Positions 32,896 through 44,851 of a stretch of 64,000 nucleotides of DNA are shown here, piece by piece. The DNA comes from Cyanidioschyzon merolae. Its lineage: Eukaryota. The first letter of the stretch is position 1. Each line of letters begins with the position of its first letter. Under the pieces are notes generated by a model, which worked only from the letters and a program-made list of their open reading frames with translations, did not search any database and was not told the origin of the DNA. The translations under genes and the position numbers were made by a program. The stretch lies in assembly GCA_000091205.1 (NCBI GenBank), contig AP006496.2; one strand, given 5' to 3'.

Positions 32896-33999
32896 GGTAG
32901 ATTGCAGCTTTTACAAAAATATGCGGACGTTTCCAGGCGGCTCTGCAAGCTATCCGAGTACCCAGCAGACTGCGTACTCGTCGCGTCGTGAGGCTGCTGG
33001 TAAAAAGCGTAGACCCGCGTCTCCGGTGGTGCTGCCACCCGGACTGGCCCAAGCACAGCGAGCCAACGACGCACAGCGTCTACCTGCTTAACTGCCACGG
33101 ACGGTAGGCGCCTCAGACAACACGCCCTAAACGTTCTGGTCGGACGATTTGCGCCTCACGAGTCATAACGCTGGTTGAAACGTCCAACAAGGCGGCGGTT
33201 GCAGGTCAGCGCTTGAAAGGCAACGCCGCAGCGGGCGCGCGTTCCGAGCCGCACTGCTCGAGCCGTTTCCCCAGCCGCTGCTGTGCTCACAAGTCTGGGA
33301 ACATGTGGATAGTTCGCCTGGCTCGATCAGGCAAAGATTGGTTTCGAATAGGTTTGTGCTCGCTGATCTTGCTCCTTGTGCTCTTGTCGTCAAAGTCAGG
33401 TTCAGCGCGGCTGACAGGAGCCCGAGCGTGCCGACGCCTCTTCAGTGGACGCTTGAACTGGTCCGTGTTAGGGCGTTTTTCGCAGCGCTTGGTACCAGCG
33501 CAACTGGAGCTGAACCATGCCCTCGGTGTTTGCGAGAATCGGACGCATTGCTTTTGCGGCACGCAGCGAGTGCGTATGCTGAGCCTCTACCCGGACGCGC
33601 GACGAGTACGGAGTCTTGTTTCGCACAACGGAGGTGTGTCGTGTGCGCTGCGCCCTCGGGGTGCGCGCTTGTCCTACCGCTGCTCCTGCGAAGGGCTGAG
33701 CGTGTGTCGAAAAGTTGGTAAGAGGACCTCGACGCAGCCGTTGACGTTGTCTGCCGATACTGTCGACCGAGAGGTGCTCACGCAGCGCTTTGGCTATTGG
33801 GAAGTTCCCTGTGAACGGCGCGAGAGCGAGGCACTCGAACTCGTCTGCCGCTGATACACTAGCAATTGGTGCCTGCCGTCGCGTCTTTGAGGCGGGACTG
33901 TATTTGAAATGCACCCGACTGGCATGCACAGACTACCTTGTAAGCGCCAGGAATGCTGAGAGTGAGTCAGGGACCTCGCGGCGATGCAGCAGAATGCGC

Positions 34000-34215
34000 T
34001 CAACCTACTCTCGATGCGCTCAGTGTGTACACGACGAAAACATCACTGGCAATTTTACTGGGTGCTGTATTGTCGGGCTACTCTCGATGCGCTCAGTGTA
34101 CACGACTAGAACATTACTGGTAATTTTACTGGGTGCTGTATTGTCGGTCTACCCTCGATGCGCTCAGTGTACACGAATAGAATATTACTGGCAAGTTCAC
34201 TGGGCGCTTTGCCGA
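34000..34215 (+). repeat. Tandem repeat, ~65-79-bp unit x3 (ctctcgatgcgctcagtgtacacga...ttactgggtgctgtattgtcgg).
   Basis: Direct read; three consecutive copies with small indels. Confidence 0.8.
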
Positions 34216-35847
34216 GGGCCTTACTGCCGAGCACCTCGGTCGCATCGTGGATTCCTCGTGGACTCATCGAGTGTGTGGCGAAGCGGTCGAGTCTCTCAAG
34301 GCCTAGATAGCGCTTGTCTGGGTGTGTGGGTGTGTATATGTATGTGGCAGATTGCTAGCTAACGTGCTACCGGGATGCATCAAGTGCAGGACGCTACGAG
34401 CAGGTGCTGATGTCTGCGTCTGCAGAGCGCTCTACGACGCTTGCGATCGCTATGGATATTGGTGGACTCTGCGATGGAGCGTGATGCTGCTCTTGTCGCT
34501 GCAGCACGTTGTCTCGAGAGCCATTGCTCGGATATACGGCACTACGAAGAGTAGTCGCTCGTGCAAGAGGTATCTGCAAGGGCTTCCGAAGCAGCAGTAG
34601 GTACAAGAACGGTCGTGGGCCGCTCATATCACGCGAGCAGCGAGAACAATCATGCTCCAACAAGACGGCTTCTACAGCACTGAACTTGAAAGCCGCGCGG
34701 GTGCCGGAAGCAGTTACCAGTATCCGAGAGGACGACCTGTGCAGCGAGCCGAGGCTGCCACTATGCTTACCCTGGCGTCTCTGTGGAGAAACGCTTCTCA
34801 CGCGTTTCCCAACAAGTGTGGTAGAGCAAGCGCGTTTCCAGTAGCATCTTTGCGGAGGAACGCTTTTGTTTGGACGTGCACCCGGGGGCGGCGGCATTCG
34901 CGCTGCAACCGGTTTGCGTGGACGCTCGGTGTCATGCATGTATCCTGACCTATCCACAATAGAAATGCAACGTACGGCCTGGCCGGGTGTTTCTCTTTAG
35001 CGGTCCGCCAGAGAAACGTTCTCGGTGCCTGTGAGGACGATCAAGTTTCAGGGCGTGCAACGCAACTAGAACCGCAGCTCGATACAACGCGCTTCACCTC
35101 GGCGTCATGCAGCGCTGCAGCGCTTCCCAGTGCGACCACAAAAGACACCATGAGGCACCTCTCTGCGACGTTCTCCATTTGTTCCGCCAGCCGAGTGGCA
35201 GCTGCGACAGATACCAGGCACTGAGCGCTCGGCACTGTACCCGAGTCTTCTGCGCGACAAGCTCGCTATACCTGTTACTGGACATGCTGCAAGTAAATGC
35301 CCCTGTTTGGCTGCGCTTCCCCCGGGGCAACGACCTTGTCTGCACCGCACACAAGCAATACTTCGGGTACTGCGCGCTGGACTTCCATCCTAACGCAGAA
35401 AAAGTCTCTACGGGAGCACAGCGCCCCTGGAGGACGCGTAACAGCGCGCACGCTGAAAGCCCCTCGAAGCGAGCACACTCATCGGAGCCTCAACGACTCC
35501 GTGCTTCTCACGGAATTCACGCGGTCCACTCGTTGTTGATGCCATAAACTGCAGCTTCCCCTCAAAGCGTGAACAAAGGAGCCAGCGCAACACACCCCAG
35601 CACCAGCGTCAACGAACACACCGCAGAGACAACGATGTAGTTTGCTGGTTTTCAATCTATAGCACCATACGAATCGTGAGATACCCCCGATACAGATGCA
35701 TCAGATTGTCGAGTTCCTTTTTTACCCCGTCGTATCCATGGATCTACGCAGATTCCCCCAGTCCTGGTGCATAACGTCCACAGTTCCCGATAGTCGCAGC
35801 ACGTTCGCACCATCAGCGTTGCCCGATTCCATGCAGAAGCGTTAGCG

Positions 35848-36882
35848 TTGCAGCGCGCTGTTGCCATCCTAGGTACGCGTCTTTCAAACGAGTTCATGTC
35901 GTCCCTGGGAACGACTGCTACTACCATGAAAAATCGTCAAGTACAGCTGATTGCTCTGCAGATGTCCATGGTGCCAAACGAGCCTGCGAAGAACGTGGCT
36001 CGGGCAGTGCAAACGTTGCAAAGCTCGTTGACCGAGGCTGGTGCCGCACCAGCTGGTGTGCAACGGATAGCCCTTCTGCCGGAACTCTTTGCCGCGCAGT
36101 ACTTTCCTGTAGACGGCGGGGAACCGCGTCACTACAGTCTGGCAGTGCCGTCGCCGTTTACCGAGCCTGAACACTGGTTCTGGCGCGAGATGGCGAGTCT
36201 CTGTCGACAGACTGAGGTCGTGTTGGCAGTGTCGTTCTTCGAGCAGGCCGGGGGCTGGACGTTTTTCAACTCGCTGGCGGTGCTGGACCCGGGCGCTGCT
36301 GACCTCTTCGTTCAGCCTGTTTACAGAAAACTTCACATCCCGCACTCGCCGGGCTACCACGAAAAGTTTTACTTTTCGCCTGGCGATACCCCGCCCACGG
36401 TGTACCAGACAAGTCGGGGCATTCGCATTGGCGTCGGTATCTGCTGGGATCAGTGGTTCCCCGAGCTCGCACGATGCCTTGCGCTGAACGGTGCAGAAGT
36501 GCTACTTTACCCGACCGCTATTGGGAGCGAGCCCCAGGATCCGACGTTGGACTCGCGGGAGCACTGGCGTCGCACCCAGCAGGGTCATGCTGCTGCGAAC
36601 CTGATGCCGCTTATGGCTGCGAACCGTACCGGAATAGAGCTTGCCCAGGACGGCTCAATGCAGATTCGTTTCTACGGCTCCTCGTTCATCACCGACAATA
36701 CGGGTGCTATCGTGGCAGAGGCATCGCGAGACGCTGACCCGGTGGTGCTCTTCAGCCCCGTTATGGACCTGGACGCGTATCGGGAAGCGCGACTCGCCTG
36801 GGGCGTGTTTCGAGATCGTCGGCCCGATATGTATGGGTCGCTGCTGGCCTTGGACGGTGTAGCGAAGCGCGCGCCTGTGTGA
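35848..36882 (+). CDS. N-carbamoylputrescine amidohydrolase (carbon-nitrogen hydrolase family; polyamine biosynthesis). Likely true start at Met 35926 (MKNRQVQLIALQ).
   Basis: GICWDQWFPELARCLALNGAEVLLYPTAIGSEPQDPTLDSREHWRRTQQGHAAANLMPLMAANRTG is nearly collinear with plant NLP1 (AICWDQWFPEAARAMALQGAEVLFYPTAIGSEPQDDGLDSRDHWRRVMQGHAGANVVPLVASNRIG). Catalytic Cys in ICWDQ. Confidence 0.9.
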   Translation: MQRAVAILGTRLSNEFMSSLGTTATTMKNRQVQLIALQMSMVPNEPAKNVARAVQTLQSSLTEAGAAPAGVQRIALLPELFAAQYFPVDGGEPRHYSLAVPSPFTEPEHWFWREMASLCRQTEVVLAVSFFEQAGGWTFFNSLAVLDPGAADLFVQPVYRKLHIPHSPGYHEKFYFSPGDTPPTVYQTSRGIRIGVGICWDQWFPELARCLALNGAEVLLYPTAIGSEPQDPTLDSREHWRRTQQGHAAANLMPLMAANRTGIELAQDGSMQIRFYGSSFITDNTGAIVAEASRDADPVVLFSPVMDLDAYREARLAWGVFRDRRPDMYGSLLALDGVAKRAPV

Positions 36883-37164
36883 ACGCGAACAAAGAAAGCA
36901 TGAGTAGCGGAAAAAGCTGCCCGTCAGTACCGCGTAAGCATGCTCATCTCGGGACTTGGGCACGCTATTCGAGTGGAGCGCGAAAACGACGACACTGGTA
37001 GCGCTACGACACTGGACCTGTTGCCGGCTCGCTGCAACCGGATTGTCAAGGCCGCTCTCGGAAGTGTAGCGCAGCAGTCCATCGCGTGATACCACAGAAT
37101 CCAAGCGGTTTGTTCTTTCGATAGACACATCGAGCAGACTGACCAGGAATCCTCGATCGTGCAC

Positions 37165-37612
37165 GCGATATGGTACCGCTATGATCCAGGAAAGCGTGTA
37201 TCATGCTTTACCGGACCTCTTTTTTTCCATGATCCATTCTTGGTGTCGGCGATAATCCAGGAAAGCGTGTATCATGCTTTACCGGACCTCTTTTTTTCCA
37301 TGATCCATTCTTGGTGTCGGCGATAATCCAGGAAAGCGTGTATCATGCTTTACCGGACCTCTTTTTTTCCATGATCCATTCTTGGTGTCGGCGATAATCC
37401 GGGAAAGCGTGTATCATGCTTTACCGGACCTCTTTTTTTCCATGATCCATTCTTGGTGTCGGCGATAATCCAGGAAAGCGTGTATCATGCTTTACCGGAC
37501 CTCTTTTTTTCCATGATCCATTCTTGGTGTCGGCGATAATCCGGGAAAGCGTGTATCATGCTTTACCGGACCTCTTTTTTTCCATGATCCATTCTTGGTG
37601 TCGGCGACAATC
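37165..37612 (+). repeat. Minisatellite, 71-bp unit x ~6.3, near-identical copies.
   Basis: The unit ccaggaaagcgtgtatcatgctttaccggacctctttttttccatgatccattcttggtgtcggcgataat recurs at 37186, 37257, 37328, 37399, 37470 and 37541. Confidence 0.9.
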
Positions 37613-38279
37613 CGGTCATTTCGTATGCTCCACCGTACGCCGAGTCTGTTGTGAACGCCCGCAACAGCGCCTCTAGCGATACTCCAGACGCTGCATGGCG
37701 AACGAACGACTTTGCCGCTTGTCAGAGGGCTTCGGCTCATCGACTAGAACACCCCGTGGCTAGCGTGCACACCTGATTCATCGCATCGCTATCGATCCTG
37801 GGACGGAGAAATGTCATTGAAACTAAACATGGACTTGCCATCGCGAGACAGGGATCGCTTACCCCGTCAACTTGCCGTCTGTACGCACCGGAGTGGACGA
37901 GTTCCACTACGCTTCAATCCGCATTGCTTCTCGAGTCATGATGCGTCCATCGGATTGTCTGGATGCGAACCTACTGTGAGCGCTCGCTCACGCGCCCAGG
38001 CATTGCCACACGAAGGCGACAAATTGTTGTCGTAGCGCCATGCGGGTGTCACCGCTCGAATGCCTCCACTGATGCGCTGTCGCCGCAGCGGAGCGGCAGC
38101 CTGGCGGCACCAGTCGCTGATCAGCACCAAGTCAATGTCGTGGCTCGCGCGCTGCCAGGGCGCCCCAAGCAGTAGGTGCTCCACAGCTAGCGCCGAGCCC
38201 TGGTCGAATCGAACCCAACAACATAAAGTTTACACGGATAAAAATCCGAACTAGACCCGATGAAACTGTTACTCTACGA

Positions 38280-40112
38280 TTATGCGTTCAGAACGTTGCA
38301 AACAGACACTGCAGGAACCGGCCAGGCTTTCCGACGACTCTTGCGGACGCCCGAGAGACGCAACAAGCGAGTCTCGAAATTCAAGTTAGGATCGCATCCA
38401 TCCATAGCGAGGAGCGAAGCGTCGCCACCAGTACGCCGGTCGTCTGCTGCGTGTGCCGGGTTCGCGCCACAGCCGCCAGTCCAGGTGTCGCTGCCACTTG
38501 CACTCCGCCAAGGCCAATGAAACACACCGAACACGCTGCCTGGAGAGTATTGCGGGAGCCAGTTGCGCTCGGCGCTCGTGGAACCTGACTTGGTACAGCA
38601 GGATACCGAAAGCTCGTGCCCGTCACCTGCATCCCGCCCGCAACCCCTCGAACTGCTGCCTATCCACACTGTACCACCGGGCGTGCCACTAGTCCTGTCT
38701 TGGACGCGTTTCGATCCCCGGCCATTGGCGACGCGTTTGGCGAGAGACTTGATCGCGCGTCCCGTTGCCACTGAACGCGGTGGACGCATACGCCGACCTC
38801 TCGCCGAATGATGCTCCGTTGACTGAGATGTTGTGCCGCTATCCCGCATACCAGGTGCATCCTGAAACGCGCGCTCATACATCACTTGGTGCTGGACATT
38901 GCCAGGCTTCACGTGGCGCAGGCGACCCTCGCGCTTTGCCCGTGCACAAAACTCGCTGAGCGTCTCGCGGCGAAATGACGGATTCAGGTCGAAGCGTTTG
39001 CGCGAATCATCTGGCTGGGTCACCAGACAAAAAATGGAGCAAAACGCGTAATCCTTTTGAAGAGGGCGCCAGCACGTTCGACAGCGACTAGCGCTGCTCG
39101 ATGCCCCCTGCCACGAAGTTGGAACGTGGGCGGCGCCAGTGTCCGAGCCCGATCCACGAACTAGATACATGACTCGCTGCCCATTGTTCAAATAGCTCTG
39201 GACCTGACTCACGTCCATCTCTTTGCAGATGTCCTTGGCGAGCACCACGTCGTGATACATGTATCTACAAATGCCAATGTGTGGATGCGAGGCGTGTGGT
39301 GCATCACCGAATTCCAACTGGCGCTGTCGGTCGACGCAGAGCCGGCAGACCGCTTCGCAGCAGTGCAGACAAAACACGGTGCGCTCAATCCAGCGTTGGT
39401 TAACTTTCCGAGAATCGTGTCCCGCGCTCTTATGCACGCCGCAGATGCTGTAGAATGAGGTGCGGAAGAGCTTCGGCAGCCAATCGGCCATCGCAGCCAA
39501 TGGATCGCTACCGCCTTTCATGGGTGCCGAGTCCGTGTGCGTATAGCGACGGACGACGGAAGTCGGACCGCTGGTGAGCGCAACGCCCCGCTCGCCGCCC
39601 TCCGAGTCAGACGATATGGGCGTTGTTGGCAAGCGATCGTCTGCTGGCGCGCTGTGCGGCTGTGGTGCCGTCACACATAAAGTTCCATATTCGTTGATTC
39701 TCGAGTTCTCGCAACCCCCCCACAGCTTAGTGTATCCATCTGATGTCCATTCATTCAAGCTAGCTGTTTCCGAAGTGCTCGCGCAGTGCACGAGACTCTG
39801 TTCCGGCACTGCGGGAATGGTCGAGGTCTCGCAGGCGTCACGCACGCTGCTCACAACGCCAACGCCGAGAAAAGCGTCTCTGACGTGAAAAGCGTACGCT
39901 CCCCCAGGCCCGGAGGCCGAGCTGTTCAAACGCCCGGTCTGGGACGAGTCCATAGGGTCCAACGACACAACCCAGTATGCGAATGGACGTGTACACGGTT
40001 CAACTGCCGTGTAGTCGCTTAGAGAGAGCGTCTGTTCCATCCAAAATTTTGCCGCGCAGCAGAAATATCTACGATCGGGCAGATATGGCTGTCGGTGGCG
40101 TGCTGGCACCAT
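38280..40112 (-). CDS. PLATZ-domain zinc-binding protein. The start is probably downstream of 40112 (for example MEQTLSL).
   Basis: FCLHCCEAVCRLC...YHDVVLAKDICKEMDVSQVQSYLNNGQRVMYL...CRTCWRPLQKDYAFCSIFCLV follows the PLATZ pattern FC.DC....C..C...H..H..LQIRRSSYHDVV...IQK..DISGVQTY.IN...V.FL...C..C.R.L.D.FRFCSL.CK. Confidence 0.7.
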   Translation of the reverse strand: MVPARHRQPYLPDRRYFCCAAKFWMEQTLSLSDYTAVEPCTRPFAYWVVSLDPMDSSQTGRLNSSASGPGGAYAFHVRDAFLGVGVVSSVRDACETSTIPAVPEQSLVHCASTSETASLNEWTSDGYTKLWGGCENSRINEYGTLCVTAPQPHSAPADDRLPTTPISSDSEGGERGVALTSGPTSVVRRYTHTDSAPMKGGSDPLAAMADWLPKLFRTSFYSICGVHKSAGHDSRKVNQRWIERTVFCLHCCEAVCRLCVDRQRQLEFGDAPHASHPHIGICRYMYHDVVLAKDICKEMDVSQVQSYLNNGQRVMYLVRGSGSDTGAAHVPTSWQGASSSASRCRTCWRPLQKDYAFCSIFCLVTQPDDSRKRFDLNPSFRRETLSEFCARAKREGRLRHVKPGNVQHQVMYERAFQDAPGMRDSGTTSQSTEHHSARGRRMRPPRSVATGRAIKSLAKRVANGRGSKRVQDRTSGTPGGTVWIGSSSRGCGRDAGDGHELSVSCCTKSGSTSAERNWLPQYSPGSVFGVFHWPWRSASGSDTWTGGCGANPAHAADDRRTGGDASLLAMDGCDPNLNFETRLLRLSGVRKSRRKAWPVPAVSVCNVLNA

Positions 40113-40285
40113 TGAGCTGAAATGAACAAGTTTAGATCACTTTGATCCAAGTTGGGCTGCTGCTGAACGGACAGCGCACGGATAGCTGTCGGTGGTGTGC
40201 TGGCACCTTTGATCTTAAATGAACAATTTATATCACTTTGATCCAAGTTGCGCCGCTGCTGAACGGATGGCGCACGGAAGGCGTT
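40087..40285 (+). repeat. Tandem duplication, ~97-bp unit x2, directly abutting TIR fragment D and the PLATZ 5' region.
   Basis: gctgtcggtgg.gtgctggcacc.ttga.ct.aaatgaacaa.ttta.atcactttgatccaagttg.gc.gctgctgaacgga occurs twice. Confidence 0.8.
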
Positions 40286-40899
40286 GCGCTATGCGGGTAC
40301 CTCTCTGTGGTGCAGCATTTCCAATGGCATGCCATTGGGTACTTTTTCGCGGTCAAAAGCAGAAGCGTTCAAAGTGCGATCACTTGGTGATATAAAAAGA
40401 CCAATAGAAAGGTATGGACATGGAAGACGGGCATCCTTGAGGGCCTGGTGCCGCCGGATTCCAGAAAAAAAAAACGAGAAAAAGAGTCCTCGTCTCGCTG
40501 CCCATCGATTGTAGAAGAGCACGTGTCGAAGAAGAAGAAGAAGAGCGGTGATAGGCGAGACAAGGTGTTTGCCTGACGGGACAATGACGAGACTATTATG
40601 GCACAATGAGTGCGCGTTCGAAAAATCATCGTACTGATGAGTTCAACCGGATGCAATAAACGCATCTAGTTCGAGAACCGAGAACGGAACACCGCCATGA
40701 ATATCAGACGCTGTGTAGCGCTGAAGTCTAGACCCAGGGAGCTGACACCAGCCAACTTTGTGGGGCAGCCTCTCAGGCTATAAGTGTTCAACGAGAAACT
40801 GAGACCGATAGCAGGCGGCCGGTCAAAAAAGATTGGCAGACGCCTGTGAATAGGTACATATTTACCCTCCATGGTCGTGAAACGATGTTCGTTTTGCTG
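40286..40899 (-). repeat. Solo TIR-like copy (D) of the transposon family, minus orientation.
   Basis: The reverse complement aligns to 217-780 (for example agtctcgtcat.g.cccgtc.gg.aaaca...ctcgcctatca). The outer terminus is cagcaaaac. Confidence 0.6.
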
Positions 40900-42705
40900 A
40901 CGTGTATAGACATTACTACCGTTCCATAAATGCTACATTATATGTCCGATACAGGTATTCGGGCAAGCGTCTATCATTCCTCACCCTACCTCCAATTTTC
41001 ATGATCCATGCATCCTCATCGAGATACTAGTCGATTTCGAACGTTCCACAGTGCGTCGAGCCTGACCTGAACGTCCGCAGCAATGCTTGTAGCGCCAGTG
41101 CGAATGGAGCACGTTGAACAAAACGGCTTCGCCATACCACGGAAGGCATCGGCTCGAGGCACGATTCATTGGTCACAGAGTCGGGACGCATCATCATTCC
41201 GGAATCCTGCAAGCTGCGTAGACATACCCGCTGCTTGCGACTACGCGAAGCGATGTGCTACGTGACCACAGCGACCAGGGCAACGCCCGGATGCTGACCT
41301 CTCACATCTCGTCGCGGAAGCGAGTCTGTCGCGGACGAGGTGCTCGGGCTTCGCCACAGCACCCGGCACTGGAGCGAGCGTCACACACCAGCTTGGTAGA
41401 AGCGTCGGGGTCAGGGGACCGGACCTCATGTCTCAAAGGTAAACTTCCGAATGCACGGAAAGCTGCTAATTCTTACATCCCATCCCGTCGACAGGAATTA
41501 CCCAGTCAAATCACTGCTATTTCGTGATTCGTTTTCTTCCTTGTCCGTGGCAGCAGCTGTCCTATGGCTAGTTCCTCTCCACTTGGACACGTTGGCCAGC
41601 GGGTCCGCCCTAGCCTCGTTTCCGACGGGATCAAGCCCCTATTCCAGACACGAGCGCTCCTGCAGAACGGATGAAGCATGCACGGGTCTATGGAGAGCCC
41701 GCGGCCCTCGCCCTTGATTCCCTGCACATGATACGCGACAGGACGCTGCGCTTTGGCACTTGCAGGCCGAGTACCCCATCTCCGCCGCTGCACCCTATAC
41801 CAGTGTGCGGGGTCGTATCAGCGAGAAGCCAGTCGACGCTGCCTGCAGAGCGATCACGCTCTCATCCGGCAGAGGCGGGCTCTACAGGTTCGCTTGACTG
41901 CGAGCTCCCATTGACGCAAAACAAACGAGCCACCGATCCTGTCATATTCGGAAACGTCTACAGGCGTGCTGAGGAAGCTCGATCGTACAGTCACTCTCCA
42001 GCTGAGGATCAGGGCACCTGATGCGTCCGATGCTGCCTCGTCGCCGAACAAAGCACCCGCGCTCTCTTCCACGAAGTGGTTGTGCGTCTGGTTAGGATCC
42101 GTACTAACGCGTATCGCAAGCTGGCTGCATTTCAATGCCCGAATACCGTCGCCCTGCCAGTGTACTTTGCTGCGTACACCAGACGAGGAGGCGGTGCTCC
42201 GCAGCCAGCACCCGCCCCTCTCGACGGAATACATGTCGCTTGGCTCGGACATTCCAGTGCCTGAACGAGACCCGTTCAGCGCTGCGGTCGGCGCTGCACG
42301 CCATCAGTGTCTCCCCACACTTGTCTATGTTCAGACGGGAGCCACTCGCTGGCAATAGCCGAAGGCAGCGGACGTCCACCGTGGGGAGCTTCCACATGCG
42401 CTTTTCCGAGTCACGATCAGAGTACGGGTTCACCGCTCACGTTCGCAACGTTCACGCAACCTCATGTGAGGAATCAGCACGTTTCGAAACAGATGCATGG
42501 ATGAAGACCATGTTTACCGGCACTAAGGTCACGTAGATTCGCAGCAGTCACTGTATGGCACTGTATGAAGCAATGCTCTGAAGCATTGCCTATGTCGATG
42601 TGGCTCGTTTGTCGTCTCCGCGCGTCGCAGCCGGCATTTGGAAACCAGCGCTCAGATGCCACCTTGCCCGCGAGGGAACAAAATGCGTCGCTGCTTCACA
42701 TCGAG

Positions 42706-44529
42706 CTACCGCCACATCCATGTGTCGATGCCGGCGTCCAGTGGAGGTGCCCACTGGTCAAAGTCCATGGCGGGTACCATACTCGGCCAGTAGCCGGCGT
42801 GGTGGACAGATCCTCGTCGCGACCAGAGCGGCTCCGAGTCGGAATTCGTCGGACTCCATAACAAGCGCTCCGGCTGACGACGACTATACCCGCAGTCGTG
42901 AAGGAGGATGTCTTCCAGCTCCGAAGCCATCAGCGTTGGGCGCAGCGTGTACGACACGCTCGTAGCGTACTCGTACTCCAGCCAGTCGACCTCGGCGAAG
43001 AGGTGCCACGGGTCCGCGTCAAGCGATCCCGACAGCGACGCAGCCGGACGCGTTTCGCCAAGCGCTGTTGAGCCGTGAAACGCACCCAGACCGACCTCGT
43101 GAGCGCCACGCATGCGCCAAAGCGCGCCCACATGCGGCAGACACCGACAAACGTAACATGCTTCGGCCCCGAGAACGGATCCGTCTCGGATTCGCCGCAA
43201 GACGTCGGGAAGCGGCAGCTTCGGCTCGCCCAGTTGCTGTCGTGCCAGCTGGACGTGGGCGCTAGCCTCGAGAGCAGCCTCTTCGTGGGTAGCGAGCCGC
43301 GTACGTCTCACGTCCGTAAGACGTGCAAGGTCAAGAAAGCAATTAAACAGCACGACAGGTACGCCGACCGCTCGACAAGCATCCACAATGCGCAGCACGG
43401 ACCCCAGATGCCTCGACGCAACCGCATTTGTAATGACAACCACATCCGGCAGTGCTGCAAGCAAGTCGTCGCCGTAATCTCCGTCGAATGCCTGCGCGAC
43501 ATGGGTGCATCCTGCATCGGCTAAGAGCGCGTTTCGCACAGCAAATAGCGTCCGTAGTCGGCAACGTCGATCACGAGGCACCAGCATCCAGGGGCTGGTA
43601 CTCCCGGCCGCCACCGCTGCCTCTGGATGCGTATCCAACGCAGTAAGTCCAAGGAGGTTGCGTTCCGGGTCTGCAGCCGCGTCGGCAATACCAATCACAT
43701 CCAGAAAGGATGCATCGTCGGCGGTATGGCTCGCCTCCAGCACGTTGCGGGCCGAGTCGAACACAGCGCGCATGAGGCAACGTGCTATTTCCTCATTGGG
43801 ATCTATGTCTTCGTAATAGGTTAGCAACTTGGGCGCTGAGCCCCGAAGCGAGTCGGCATCACGTGTGCCGGGCGAGTCCGCTGCAACACCGTGACGAGCT
43901 TGTGTCCCTCGCCACCGCCGCAGGGGCATGAGCGCTCCACCCCCAAGCTGCCGAGCTGTGGCGTCCAGAGGCGCCACACAAACACACACCCGCGCTCCGC
44001 GTTGCTGCGTGAACACTTCCACATAGTCATGAAAGAGATCACGAGAGTAGCGACGCAGTTCGTTTGCCGGGACGGCATGGTACCACTTGTCTTTGGTGCG
44101 CCCCATGGGCAGCTCTATGGACCAGACCCCCCAGTCGGGGACCTTGCGCAAGACGTGCAGCGTCGCATACTGCGCCTGCAGGATAGAGAACTCCACGGTC
44201 TGGGGCAGGCACGGCGGCAGTGAACTGGTATCCGCGTACACTGTGCGTAGGGACTCCGTGAGCGCTTCAAAGTTGCATGTCGCATCTGGTACAGCAGACC
44301 ACGACGCGATGCGCTCAAGTCGCTGGCGCTGCGCTTTCGTTATCGCTGGTTCCGAGTTCACACCGACGAGCAGTGCGCGCTGTGTCCCTAGTCGTTTCCG
44401 CAAGCTTGAGCGGCAACCTCGCGACACCAAAGGCACAACGAAACAGCGCTGTGAGCGAGCGCTGCTGCTGGGAAAGCCTGCCACAAACGCGCTTTTTCGC
44501 TCACAAGCACTGCAGTGAAGCCTCCGCAT
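42706..44529 (-). CDS. Conserved-looking hypothetical protein, 607 aa. Function not recognised.
   Basis: Long uninterrupted ORF with non-repetitive composition and a Rossmann-like segment DVVVITNAVASRHLGSVLRIVDACRAVGVPVVLFNC. No diagnostic motif identified. Confidence 0.45.
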   Translation of the reverse strand: MRRLHCSACERKSAFVAGFPSSSARSQRCFVVPLVSRGCRSSLRKRLGTQRALLVGVNSEPAITKAQRQRLERIASWSAVPDATCNFEALTESLRTVYADTSSLPPCLPQTVEFSILQAQYATLHVLRKVPDWGVWSIELPMGRTKDKWYHAVPANELRRYSRDLFHDYVEVFTQQRGARVCVCVAPLDATARQLGGGALMPLRRWRGTQARHGVAADSPGTRDADSLRGSAPKLLTYYEDIDPNEEIARCLMRAVFDSARNVLEASHTADDASFLDVIGIADAAADPERNLLGLTALDTHPEAAVAAGSTSPWMLVPRDRRCRLRTLFAVRNALLADAGCTHVAQAFDGDYGDDLLAALPDVVVITNAVASRHLGSVLRIVDACRAVGVPVVLFNCFLDLARLTDVRRTRLATHEEAALEASAHVQLARQQLGEPKLPLPDVLRRIRDGSVLGAEACYVCRCLPHVGALWRMRGAHEVGLGAFHGSTALGETRPAASLSGSLDADPWHLFAEVDWLEYEYATSVSYTLRPTLMASELEDILLHDCGYSRRQPERLLWSPTNSDSEPLWSRRGSVHHAGYWPSMVPAMDFDQWAPPLDAGIDTWMWR

Positions 44530-44851
44530 GGAACCTGTGCGGGTAGGTTACCACCAGCACCAGCACCAGCACCAGCACCACTACCAGAGACGCTGTGTGG
44601 CAGCGTGAGCGCTTTTCAGGTGTCGCCCCTCCCGCTACGTCACCTGTCGACGGAGCTGGTGGCGTTTGGGGCCCGCCTGCCGCAGTGCAGCGCTCGCGCA
44701 GGATTCTCGACGCATCGCGGCAGCATCAGGGCAGCGATATACCTCACGGAGCACTGAAAAACACACACACACACAAAAAAAGTAAGAAAAGAAAAATGCG
44801 CATAATCGGAGAACGCTTGCCTAGGTAAACGTTTTGTCAATGAAAAAAATC

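Noticed and set aside
33213-33854. 213-aa Cys/Arg-rich ORF with a hydrophobic stretch.
   Set aside because: Low complexity, no recognisable domain, and many overlapping alternative-frame ORFs. Possibly real but unsupported.
38195-38225. tRNA-like T-loop (tggtcgaatcgaaccc).
   Set aside because: Flanking bases do not form a T-stem or acceptor stem on either strand. It is just a short tcgaa direct repeat.
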